Below are positions 1 through 11,618 of a stretch of DNA of 24,243 bases, one piece after another. Where the stretch lies: assembly GCA_905261645.1 (NCBI GenBank), contig CAJNOV010001315.1:1-24243 (forward strand). The letters run 5' to 3'. Under the pieces are notes generated by a model. The model was not told the origin of the DNA and searched no databases. It worked only from the letters and a program-made list of their open reading frames with translations. Position 1 is the first letter of the stretch. The number at the start of each line of letters is the position of its first letter. The DNA comes from Rotaria magnacalcarata (lineage: Eukaryota). A program made the position numbers and the translations under genes.

Positions 1-103
1 AGTAAATTTTTAGTTATGCTAATCGGATGAGGGAAATCGAATAATTTTGAAAACACTGATCGACTTAACGTCTAGCTACCCATGGAAAAATAATTCAAAA
101 AAA

Positions 104-1750
104 GAACGGATAAGAACGCGTTGTCGAGATAAAAGACTGCGTTGTGAAGACGCTTTTTTCGACCTTTTCAGACGCGTTCGTGTAATGAAAAACGCGTTCT
201 TTTAGATAAAAGGAACGCGTTCTGAACGTTCCATATAGGAACACGTTTTTCGCGGTAAGAACGCGTTCTTATTTAGAAGAAAAAAAAATCATTTATTTAT
301 TGTATTTTCAACTCTGTAATGCTCTAGAACGTGTTTCTTTGCTTTCGGATAAGTGCTCAGACTGCTGGTTCCTCTATTCGAATACTTGCGTTCGCACTGA
401 ACGCGTTCCAATTCGTTTTGTTTTTACTACCGTAGAGTGGATTCGACCTGATTAACTTGTAGTTTCAAAGTAGTGAATATCCGAATGAACTATCCTTACG
501 TATGTTTGAAGTGCTAAATTTTCTATTTGTATTAAACAAAATTTATTCTGACTTGACGAAATTTTAACCTAAAACTGATCCATTTACGTTTACGAAAAAT
601 TTAATAAATTCAAAAATAAATTTAAAGAACTTCAATTTCTTTTAAAATAAAATATTGAAAATTTAACATTTTAATATTTTTGACATTTAATAAAATTTTT
701 CTAATCTAGCTTACATTAATAAAAATTCAATACAAAGTTGTTCAAATTCAATTAAAATTCATGTAATTAGACTTGAATATTTCTTATGCGATCTAAATTT
801 ATTTACTGTGATTTTTATCGAATTTAAGTCTAATTAAATTGGTTTAAATTGAATTTACATTCTACGATCGATTTGAGTAAATATAAAATTTTTGCTAATT
901 TAAAAAAGTTGAATTCATTATAAATTTAAATCGACAAAAGCTAAATTTAATAGAAATTAATTAGAAATCGATGGACAATTCTGATTTTTATTATGAGCAA
1001 AAATAAGTGATGCGTTCGATGGCAAATAAAAATGTGATAAATACATTTGAGGCATACACTAGTATAACTATTGCAAAATTTCTGTTTAATGTTTAAAATC
1101 AATTGAAACCTTCCCGATTACTATTTTTCAAATAAAAGAAAGAATATACGATTTGAGAATGTACATTAAAAAAGCATGAGATTAGCGAATTCGTTTGATA
1201 AAAAAAACTAGTTTAGGAAAAAGGAAAATCATTTATTACGAAACTCTAGATAGATGATCACTTTGCCTAACAAGACACTACCTTTCAGTACATTGCAACA
1301 GAAAGAAATTTTTTCATGTTGACACATATTTCTTAATTGGCATAGCACTTTCGTTACATGTATTTCGATATATTTCAAATAATGAATTCCATTAAGTTAA
1401 AATGAGTACTTTTCACTACATAAAAGAACGCGTTCTGAAAGTTGCCGAACAAGTTCTTCAGTATACGTTTTCAAGCGTTTTGGGAGAAACGGGTTTTCTA
1501 ACTATAAGAACGAATTACTCGCGAACAAGTTCAAACGCATATAAGTTGAAAGCGTTCGTACGATAAAAGACGCCTCCACTATTAACGCGTTCAATATAAT
1601 AAAAACGCATTGCGTACCAACAAGTATGCGTTCGAACGCGTTCACAATTTTGAGAAACGCGTCTGAACGCGTCAATTTGTTCTTAGAACGCGTTTTTAGT
1701 CGATAAAATACGTTCAATTTTTTCGAAAACGCGTTCTTTCACGTTCATTA
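104..1750. repeat. two clusters of GAACGCGTTC-type palindromic motifs (about 104-408 and 1425-1745) flanking an AT-rich core
   Basis: AACGCGTTCT/GAACGCGTTC-like motifs occur near 110, 172, 191, 212, 259, 398, 1427, 1585, 1635, 1656, 1667, 1686 and 1728, with an AT-rich (n)AATTTAAAT-type core between the clusters. Confidence 0.7.
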
Positions 1751-2616
1751 TAAGGAATATTTTTCCATGGGTATACTGTAAGATTAATATTTTTCTGTGT
1801 CTCTTGTTTGCATTCTTTGTACTTTAATTTTTGGTTGAATTATAAATTAATTAATTAAAAATTAAAAATTAAATTAAACATCAAATATTAAGAGAACAAA
1901 TAAATAGAAGGTGCCAATAACTTGACCCATAAAATTGCGGTAAGCCAGCGGTTTTTTCGGGTTTTCATTACATGGAAAGCTGGTTACTGGTGACGCAATT
2001 AATATATCTATAACGTATTATTTAATTTTATCTACCAACAAATTAAGTAGGCAATGCTGATAAGAAAATAAATTTGTGTTGATATCTCCTATTTTATTTG
2101 TAACGACAAGGACCGCCATTAACCTATAATTGATTAGAAACTGGATTTTGGCCGACAGAAACATACTTGTAGTTACAGTATGATGTCATATAGCATGAAA
2201 CACTTGATATGTTCAATTTTTAGGGCTCTTATTCCTGCTACTGTTTTGATTATCTTTTCTCATTTTGGTCACTCTATCCTTTTACTTCATCCAGATCACC
2301 ACATAGAAGCCGTATGATTTTCCAATAAAAGTGCAGAATAAGCATCATTGATTTAAAAATTTTTGGAAAAATATGTGTTGTTATAATAACATATTTCTCT
2401 GCTACAGAATTAGTGATGCATAAAAGTTATATACGTCTTTGATTAGTTAAAACTAATTTAGTGAAGTACTATATATTTTTCTTTTCTTTCTAATTCATTG
2501 TGCTTTGTGTTTGGCTTCGAAATGTAAAAAAAAGTGCAGTGATACTTGTCCCTTCTATAATATCGGCTGTTTCACTTTTCTCTTTCTCTCGCTCACAGCG
2601 ATGCATAATCGAAAAC

Positions 2617-3118
2617 GAGGGACGTCATAATATCCACAACTTGGGTATCGAGATGAATACCCAGATAGGATACCCATTTGGATGGATACCTATGTTTCCC
2701 CAGAGTTGAGGAATTTGAGTGCATTTGGTGTAACGAGAATGGGTATCCATTTGGATGGATATCTATGTTTCCCCAGAGTTGAGGAATTTGAGTGCATTTG
2801 GTGTAACGGGATGGGTATCGGAAATGTATACCCATCGCATAACACCAGATGCACTCAAATTCCTCAACTCTGGAGGAACATAGATATCCATACAAATGGA
2901 TACCCATCCAAATGGATACCCATTCTCGTTACACCAAATGGACTCAAATTCCTCAACTCTGAGGATACATAGATATCGATATAAATGGATACCCAATCTC
3001 GTTACACCAAATGGACTCAAATTCCTCAACTCTGAGGATACATAGATATCGATATAAATGGATATCCTATCTGGGTGTTCATCTCGATACCCAAGTTGTG
3101 GATATTATGACATCCCTC
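2617..3118. mobile_element. foldback / MITE-like element with long inverted arms built from 73-bp tandem units
   Basis: The left end GAGGGACGTCATAATATCCACAACTTGGGTATCGAGATGAATACCCAGATAGGATACCCATTT matches the reverse complement of the right end (GAGGGATGTCATAATATCCACAACTTGGGTATCGAGATGAACACCCAGATAGGATATCCATTT). The units repeat at 73-bp spacing (2691 vs 2764; 2941 vs 3014) and are inverted about ~2838. Confidence 0.85.
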
Positions 3119-4348
3119 AGCAAATCAACAGGAGTTTTTCGATAGCTTTGTTAGAAATCACCGAAATGCATTTAAAAAATTGAAGATTGTACCATTTGTG
3201 TATGCAACGATATATACCAAATAAATTATGATGATAATATCTTTGAGATATTCAGAATGAGATCTGTGAAATTTTCTCATATATCTGAGCATTCCCAAGC
3301 CTAAGAGCTCCGCCGCCTCTGCCTGTATAAAATTTTGTTTCTTAGTTTTTTCTTAAATCTCATCCGTAATAGATTCATAGATTTATCAAAAAACAAAGAA
3401 ACAAAAAGAAAATGCAAACATATATTTAGAAATAAACACATAGGAAGTAAATTAATTGATGAGCGAAAGAGAAAATTCACACTAGTGTTTCTTTTTTCTT
3501 TTACAAGTATGATCTTGCATCATATAAAATAAAAATTAAACTACGTTTAAAAAGTCTTTGCACAACATATTTGGTCGATTTTCTTCCACTATATGACGAT
3601 ATTTAACATCAACGCAGAAGATACCTTTTTTTTGCTAGGATATGAGACTCCATTCAAAACAATGTTCATTTTTTTCGAAAAATATAGGAAATATAGGGCG
3701 ACTACAAAACTAGCTCAATATTTGAACATCTCTCAAGATAGAGCAAAAATGTATTTAAATTTGACCCTAATCTAATTGATGATATTATACAAGACCAAAT
3801 TCATTTAATGTCGAAAAAAAAGGAAAAAGTACTTCCGATTACTAAAAAACAAAAAAAAATACTTTTGATCACAAATTTTCTTTGTGTTTTTAAGTTGTCA
3901 TTTTTCATGTCTCCTTATCAAATGCTTATACACGACACAATGCAACTAGTGTATAAAGAAGCTGAATAATTTATCATGAAAACAGTTAGTGATTAGGTTA
4001 CGTGTAGTCAATTCACTGGATGATGTGACAGCTATTGAATGCAGGTGAGGGTACAAATGTGAGTGTAGACAAGGAGAGTATTTCACCGAGATCCGAAACT
4101 TGGTGTACGAGGTGGTACGAAATTTGGCGAATTTCTTGCTGCATAGAATCAATCCGTTCTGTGGTCAAGCACTGGGTAATAAGTTCAGTAGCACATTTTC
4201 AGCCCGATCAAGGCGACTGACATATTCATGTTTAAACACTGTCTTGAAAAAAACATTCATGTGATTAACGATTCAATCGGCCATAGAATATTAGGGTATA
4301 GGTGTGTCTTTATTTCAATCACACACAAATTTACATCTACCGACACAC

Positions 4349-4524
4349 CAGCGGCGGATCCAGAAAATCTGTAAGGGGGTGGCGCTCCTGGCCAAGAAAC
4401 GGTATTTCAAGTATATTTGAGACAGAACGACTATTTTCTGTTTCATTTCTCCTGGGAAAAATCGAAAAAACTTTTTTCAGGGGGTGGCGATGGCCGGGTA
4501 GCCTAACTGGTAGATCCGCCACTG
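4349..4524. mobile_element. 176-bp hAT-like MITE with 8-bp TSD CGACACAC (4341-4348 and 4525-4532)
   Basis: Left end CAGCGGCGGATCCAG..., right end ...CTGGTAGATCCGCCACTG, whose reverse complement is CAGTGGCGGATCTACCAG. Identical octamers CGACACAC flank both ends. Confidence 0.82.
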
Positions 4525-5303
4525 CGACACACCCACACCCTCAAGTTGATTATAATATTCTAATTGAACTCTATCTGGCGAAACTTTCCCTAGAAGAATC
4601 TCATACAGATTTTCTGCTTTTGTAGATTCAACCGGACGTATAAATATATCCATCAGTTGTTCAATTGAGTTCTTGACGTATGTGTCTAAGGGATTTTCAA
4701 ATCATGATTATCATTGGGTGTGTTTTCAAAAGAATTATATACTGATTTATACTAGAGATTATTATTTCACTTGATGGGACTATTATTTTCAAAATTAGTT
4801 TAGTTTATTTATCATGGCAAACAAATTGCTTTTGAATATCGAAAGCATACCAACACGATTTCAGTCGATCAGATATTCCGTGACGTCGGACCCTACGAAA
4901 ATCACGACTTCTATTCAGATTCATTGCTCAATAAGAGTTCGCCATGGTTAACATATCAACTTTTTAACACGATTTGTTCTTGTATGGGACTTTTGCGAAT
5001 AGCGCACCTCATAAATATTGGAATTCTTTAGAAATGGAAAAATATATTTTCAACAAACTTCTATCGTAATGCTTAAAATTCATGTTCAAACAGTATATTT
5101 CACAGATTGATTCGTGAATCCTCTGTATTTTCATGAGGTTCACGTATCCGGGATAGGTTTAGGATTCAAATCAATATATACACATTTTTCATTTATTTCA
5201 GAAAAGTGTAAAACAAAACATGACAAATATTAGTATTATTTTATGGATCAAAGTTAGATATTGACTTATATTAGTAACTCATTGATGATTCATGTAGTAT
5301 TTA

Positions 5304-6855
5304 TTAATAAAACGTGGATGATGATAGGCATGAAGTTTTATTAACAGCATACATTTGAATACGATGATTGTTACGATCAGTAACATACAAATTACCGTTT
5401 CGATCAAAGTCTATATCAACAGGGAACGCAAGTTGATTTGCTCTATACCCATATTCATGTCCTCCAAATAGAAGATCGCCCGATTGAGAACCTTTCAACC
5501 ATCGCATGACACGATGTAATTCATGATCAACAACGTAAATAGTGCCGATCTTGTCTGCAACAATAGCATGTGGTCCCGCAAGTTGACTCGAGTTCCCGTT
5601 TCCACTTACAACAATACCCTGTGTAGAACCCTTTGGCCATTTCATTATTCGATGATTGTCCGTGTCAGGTACAAATAAGTTGAAATTAAGATCGACAAAA
5701 GTAAAATGAGGCCGATTCAATTGATTAAGTGCTGCACCTTCTCCATTGCCGCCTGCAACTATTTCTTTGCGAGAGAAATCATCACTATATTTCATCACGA
5801 GATCATTATCAACATCAGACACATACAATAGACCCTCATGATCCAAAGTTACTCCATAACAATTAATGCCCATGATAATGCTCTGACCGCTTTTTGCCTC
5901 CTTTTCCCATCGTACAACTCGTTCGTTTCCTTTATCACATATGTACATTGTTCCTTCAGTGTCGACAGCCAGATTATGTAAGTAATATTCAAATTGATCG
6001 CTACCATTACCTCGGCCACCGAATCCGGCGACCATAACACCACTTTTTGCTCCATGCTTCCATTTCATTACCCGAAGATTATCATCTGTAATATAAAGGG
6101 CTCCAGTATCATCAACGAAAGTTCCACGAGGATAGTCTAGTTGATTCAAATTTTTTCCTGCTCCTTGACCACCTGCGACTGATACGCCATCTGTTGCCCA
6201 TGTTGCAGTTGCGCAAATGTCAACATCATTCGATGTCACTGCTGTAGTCGTAACTATCAATAAAAATAACATAATTAATGCTAACTCCTTCGAAAAATAA
6301 AATCATACTCATGTTAAACTACAAAGTAAGAACATCTTACCAGGCTGAACAAATACAGTGGTATATGTTGAACTTTGTTCGGTCATTTCAACAGTACTCG
6401 TATCTGTAAAAAGTTGCGATGTGTAGTGAGTCTCAAATTTTTCTATTTGTGGTGAAACTGAATTTTCGCCTTGATCCGATGTCGTACAGTTCGCAGATGT
6501 TGTAAAGTTTATTTTGAGTGTATGACTATTGATTCGTAATCTACTGTATTTAGAAAAAATGATTACATAATCTGTAAAGCTTTTGCTAGTATTAGACTTA
6601 CTGTACTCTTAAAAATCGCCATAGGATAGTACAGCAACACATGACTATTATTATCACGATCACTGCTACTACGACACTTCTAAATCTACATGTCGTATTA
6701 GATCTTTCATCGTTTAGTTTCGTATATTGTACGGTATCACTTTCTTTTTTAACGTATCTCATCAGTCGAAACGTTACCAATTTTGGCTTGTTTCGGCTAT
6801 CTAAGAAAATATAAACTAACACACTATCAAATAATGACAAAGCACATTGTAACAT
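5304..6855 (-). CDS. NHL-repeat (beta-propeller) protein with N-terminal transmembrane anchor and Ser/Thr-rich linker; spliced model complement(join(5304..6253, 6341..6543, 6602..6855)); the third-exon acceptor could instead be at 6280, and the start may be the internal ATG at 6762
   Basis: ORF 5304..6272 has multiple NHL-type repeats (LNQLNRPHFTFVDLNFNLFVPDTDNHRIMKWPKGSTQGIVVSGNG; LAFPVDIDFDRNGNLYVTDRNNHRIQMYAVN). Upstream donors GTAAG at 6340-6336 and 6601-6597 and acceptor AG before 6543 join, with matching phases (254+203 nt, phase 1), to HRLRINSHTLKINFTTSANCTTSDQGENSVSPQIEKFETHYTSQLFTDTSTVEMTEQSSTYTTVFVQP and to a hydrophobic segment SVVVAVIVIIIVMCCCTILW. Confidence 0.85.
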
Positions 6856-7040
6856 GTAAAGGTTAGATAAAATGGATTACATTCGAATGAAAAATAAGCC
6901 GAATCAATTAATCTTATGATACATCTTCACTAATCATTTTATTGATCCTCCATTTTTCACAAATATAAGTTTCAATCATGAGCATGTGAGTGTGATTGTG
7001 CGAATTTTGAATAGTGACATCTAGGTTTTAATTTCAGACG

Positions 7041-7779
7041 TGCAGTAGTGGACAACAGTACCAATCGATCGGGAAACTGTTCCACTTTAAGCAGAAATGC
7101 ATCACCCACGAAAAATTATGGATACCAAGGAGAAATGAAAAAAAAAGAATTCAAATATATACATACATATATCAGTTGCTTTTGTTCGTCGACGATGATA
7201 TTTGATTCAATTAGAAATGATTAAAATATATAGAGAAATCCTCTTCACAAAGAGGAATGAAAAAAAGAACCATTTCTGCTTAAAATAAAACCACTTCTGC
7301 TGGAGTAAAACCGTTTCTGCTAGAAACTATGGCCTGTAAGACGAAAAAAAAAATTGATATCTCCTAGTATCTTATCGATTTTGGCTTGTGAGAGGAGAAA
7401 CGGTTGAATCATTTTCTCCTTATAATAATAACCAATTCTGTTGAATACAATCGTTTCTGCTAGAAACTATGGCCTGTAAGACGAAAAAAAATAATTGATA
7501 TCTCCTAGTATCTTATCGATTTTGGCTTGTGAGAGGAGAAACGGTTGAATCATTTCTGCTTAAAATAATAACCACTTCTGTTGAATACAATCGTTCCTAG
7601 TTGAAATTTGTTTGAGAGGTGAGAAGGAGATGATTGATGTCTCTGTGTTTTGGATGAAGTTCGGCTTAGAAAGTAATTTCTTCTTAATGAAGCGTTCCTT
7701 CTTGCCTTTTTGTGGGTAAACGATTTCTGCTGAAAATGGAACAGTTTCTCGATTTTTGGGGATGTTGTCCAGCCCTCCA
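7041..7779. mobile_element. 739-bp non-autonomous element with ~75-bp imperfect terminal inverted repeats
   Basis: The left end TGCAGTAGTGGACAACAGTACCAATCGATCGGGAAACTGTTCCACTTTAAGCAGAAATGCATCACCCACGAAAAA aligns with the reverse complement of the right end TGGAGGGCTGGACAACATCCCCAAAAATCGAGAAACTGTTCCATTTTCAGCAGAAATCGTTTACCCACAAAAA. Confidence 0.75.
7271..7590. repeat. ~140-bp tandem repeat (about 2.3 copies) inside the 7041-7779 element
   Basis: TAGAAACTATGGCCTGTAAGACGAAAAAAA...TTGATATCTCCTAGTATCTTATCGATTTTGGCTTGTGAGAGGAGAAACGGTTGAATCATT begins at 7321 and again at 7461. CATTTCTGCTTAAAATAA occurs at 7272 and 7551. Confidence 0.9.
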
Positions 7780-8669
7780 GACACGTAATCGACATATAAA
7801 TCTATTTTATTATCATATTTAATTAAAAAAAGGGAAAATAAAAATAGACATTTTAAATTAAACAAATATATAATATAATTGCATATGTTGCCATTCTTGT
7901 TTTTTGCTGATGTTTGTAGAAAAAGTATCTAAAATGTTGAAGGCATTGCTTAAAATGTGTCGAAGATACGATTTAATGGATTCGATCATATTTCATTTAG
8001 ATTTCATTCATTGTATCGATTTATTTTGTCAGTAGTATGAGAAATGAAAGAATTGTATTTTCAAAATTATTCGTTTTATCTTCATCGAATCTCGAAAGGC
8101 GTCTTCTTGATTCACTGGAATGTTACTGTGCTTGCTACCTTTGTGTGAAGAATATTGATTATCCTCTTTTCGATTTGTGATTTTTGTGTTGAATCCACAA
8201 GATTGTATTTATAGAAGTAAGTTCTAAAGAATTTATTTTGTTTTCGTTAATCGAAGTCTACTCGAACTAGATGGATTTTTCTACATAATACATTGGTCGT
8301 TTTGTGTTTGATTTGCTTATTGTAACTTGAAAAAACTTTATCATTATTTTAAAATTATTATTATGGATATTAAATTCTTCAAAAACTGTTCGTATTATGA
8401 TTTTATGCGGAAATATTTATGGCATAAAACTGCAGATAGCTCTTAATCTTTCAAGAGTTTAAGTATGATCTAGCAATCTATAGATAACCTCTCGGAAGCT
8501 GGGTTATAAATAAGCAACTTATAGGTAATCTCTAATATGCTACTTGAAACTGGAATAAAGCTTTTTTAATTTGAATTCAAGTTCCAAGCTTGACACTATT
8601 GTTTTAATAAGAAACTGTCCAGTTTTCCCTTTGTGCATAAACGTTTTTCAAATCAGTTAAAATAAGATT

Positions 8670-8942
8670 TTATTTCTTTACATTTTCAATATTTTCAATA
8701 ATATCTCTTTTCCATGCATTAATAAACTTATCTTTTAAGTCTTTTTCAATTCGAATTGATACTTCAGCTCCATTTCGATCTTTTGCTAAACATTTATTTA
8801 CATCTTTTTTTTCTGGATTAAGACGACATACACGTAAATATAAGGCATCTGTCCAAGCTGTATAAAACCGACATTTATCTGTATAACCAAAAGCAGGGTG
8901 TGGGCGTGGGCGTTTCCTAAACTTATCTTTCATCTTACCCAC
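8670..8942 (-). CDS. hypothetical small ORF (90 aa), possibly not a gene
   Basis: Basic, Lys-rich ORF MGKMKDKFRKRPRPHPAFGYTDKCRFYTAWTDALYLRVCRLNPEKKDVNKCLAKDRNGAEVSIRIEKDLKDKFINAWKRDIIENIENVKK. Composition is less repeat-like than other short ORFs, but I recognise no family and part of it overlaps a telomere-like tract (8896-8911). Confidence 0.25.
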   Translation of the reverse strand: MGKMKDKFRKRPRPHPAFGYTDKCRFYTAWTDALYLRVCRLNPEKKDVNKCLAKDRNGAEVSIRIEKDLKDKFINAWKRDIIENIENVKK

Positions 8943-11174
8943 ACTAACAGCCCAAAATTTTAAAAAATAACATGTATTGTACTCAGTATTCAGTGTCTAT
9001 TTTTTAGGGTTTTCGACTTCTCAGAAACCTATAAAAGATTTTATATAGTGACAAACACGGATACCTCCTATAGAATTTCGTGAAAATGGATTTTTAACAG
9101 TCTAGATTACCATAATCGATTGTCTTACTGTCAAAATGTAGTAACACCTCTCCCTCCTAGTTTCCCCGTATATAATTATATTTTTGGACGATTTTATATC
9201 TCCAAACTGTACACGAAGAAATATAATCTTCTATGAAGAAACAGAGAGTAAAACAAAAGTCACAGACAAGCTCTGTTTGTCCATAAAAGATCGCATTTCT
9301 CCGATCGCAAGCGTATTTAGTTGACATGGATTAATATTGACAACGGTTTGATAATACTTGGAAGATGACTACACTTTACTGGAAAGAAGCAAGCGTTTTG
9401 GATAGCACGGTGTCAAACGATTTCTTACAAACACACTCTCTAGATATAATTATAGTCAATCTATTAATTTACGCTGAGGAAATGAAAAGAGAAAGTGCGA
9501 CTTGCGAAAAATGATGAAAATCATGGAAGGATTGCTTTCTCACATGCACACTCATCCGAACAAAGGAACAAAAAGATATATTCAATGAATTCTGATCGTT
9601 TGTATTTCTGTGCACCTACTTATTCCAAAAGAGTAATATTATACACAGATACTGCACAACCAAGAGCAAATAATCAATTGTTAAAATCTAACAAGATTCT
9701 GCATCTGATTTTATATGATCGTGTAAGATCCGACTAAAAATCGCAAGAAAATCATGGCCTCTGAAATTTTACATTAAATCTTACTATTTCGTAAAATTTT
9801 TAATATGTGTTCGGAACGGCAAAGACATGCAGATTTTTATGTGAGGAACTGGATAATTAGTAGCTTGGTACACCCACAACCAACAGCCTCAAAATATAAA
9901 ATGAAAAAAGAATGTATAAATTATTCCTCGATCCAAAAATTAGAATAAATTTTTTTTGAATTAAAATTTATATAAAATACAATGTAAATCGACACCTCTA
10001 ATCATTCTTCATTTGCTTATTCACGCCTACGCTTCAGAAAACATTGATTTGAAAATGAGAGAACGAAAGAACAAGAGCAGCTGCTCGTTAGTCATGTGAG
10101 ATGAAAAAGCCTAAAAATCAACAGAATCATACCCGCTTCAAGTGGATTTATTTAAATGAAAATGAAAAGAATCATTCGCTTATGTATCACTCGCGGCGAA
10201 GCCTTATTTTCTCTGTTTTATTCTCTCATTTTTGTGACGATTAATAGTTTTGTAACGGCAAGAGTTTTCCACTGATAGAATGGTGTTAGACAATCATCAA
10301 ACATCAAACACGCACATGTAAGTGTATATAATTTGTTTGGCGCACAATAGAAAAAACGCATTTTGTAAAAGTACCCTTGTTTCACTTCACAAAACCAATT
10401 ATTGTTCATGAAGTTTAAAGAAGCACGGTGAAAAAGCGAATATATCACCTGCGTCGACTAGGTCGTGTCGATAGCATCTGATGAGATGCCTACCGTTTTA
10501 TAATGATAATTTGAAACCACAGAACCTTCTCATTCTACATATCGGACATTCTTAAAGGAATATATTACGAATAGCCTTTTTATTTAGAATTAATTATGAG
10601 GATGCGGTGTCGTTCAATCGTTGACATAACCCAAATGTGCATTCTTTACAGATTGCAATTTAAAAGAAGTTGCGCCACTTCAAAGTCAATTCAAATTTCT
10701 AAAATTACTTCACTCGTATTCACATAGTCAAAGTGACCAGCAGAAAGTGAATCTCCTAAAAAACAACTAGGTACTCGCCGTCCATGCACTCCGTTCGAAT
10801 CATCATGAGATAGCTATAGCTATGACGACTCAGAGCTCACGTCAGTGATCACAACAGAGCTTATGAGATTATTTTTGTATCTTTCATATTGTTAAGATCT
10901 ACTTTTAATATACTTAATCAAAAAGGCGTGATATTTCATATCAAGTAGAAGATAACCACTTTATTAACTAACTGTTCGAAAGAATAAACAAGAACACCAA
11001 TAACTATTTTCCAAAGAGGAGAAAATGAGAGAAGGACACCACCTCAATAGGATATAGATGTCCTAGCATGACACATATGTAATGTTTTATTATCCTACCG
11101 TATACCTATATCCCTTAATCTGGTTGTTTCTCCAAAAGATGCGCAGACTAATTCTCTACGAAACTTGTGCGGAT

Positions 11175-11190
11175 GGGGTGTGGGTGTGAG
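11175..11190 (+). repeat. short interstitial telomere-like tract (TGTGGG-type)
   Basis: GGGGTGTGGGTGTGAG read directly. Confidence 0.55.
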
Positions 11191-11618
11191 CATAATTTTG
11201 TGGAACTCGATCTAACAGGAGTGTTGAAGTATATAGGGTAAAACGTTGGACGCATCCGTGCCCCCATACTGGTCGTGACATACAAATTCATTAATTGCAC
11301 TGTCACGATCTCGGATGGTCTTTCGAGACTCCATATATCATTGCAGGCAGTAGCAAAAAAGCTGCAAATACTTAGACACCTGTGCAGACGGGTTGCAACG
11401 AAGGAGTTTCATCGTTTTTCACATTTTAGTCACACAGGGATTGCGTTAATAGCTTTTTCTCTTTACCAACACACCCACACTCATACACTCAAGATATCCA
11501 AACAATACGAAAACGCTGAACTTGGAAATAAATTACAGGCATTCCTCCTGCACACTTCTAAACTCGCTAGAACGGGTTAAGCATAATGTGTTCGAAAATC
11601 AACTGATTTTCTTTTTAG

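Noticed and set aside
1502-1717. 71-aa - strand ORF
   Set aside because: Arises across the GAACGCGTTC repeat cluster; no domain resemblance.
2500-3029. Four overlapping short ORFs (2500..2709, 2593..2907, 2682..2972, 2763..3029) with similar peptides (ELRNLSAFGVTRMGIHLDGY)
   Set aside because: They are translations of the 73-bp inverted/tandem units of the foldback element; the similarity comes from DNA repetition, not from a protein family.
4302-4625. 107-aa ORF and opposing 61-aa ORF
   Set aside because: Both run through the 176-bp hAT-like MITE; the SGGSRKSVRGWRSWPRNG type peptide is element-derived.
5849-6055. + strand 68-aa ORF opposite the NHL gene
   Set aside because: Antisense shadow of a well-supported coding exon.
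7271-7590. Possible CRISPR-like or satellite array
   Set aside because: Two adjoining ~140-bp near-identical units with no short-repeat/unique-spacer architecture, inside a TIR element in a eukaryotic context.
11275-11580. 101-aa ORF as the 5' exon of the DUF3605-like gene
   Set aside because: Contains HTHTHT from a CACACA/telomere-like tract, no family resemblance, and ends before the supported acceptor without a convincing donor.
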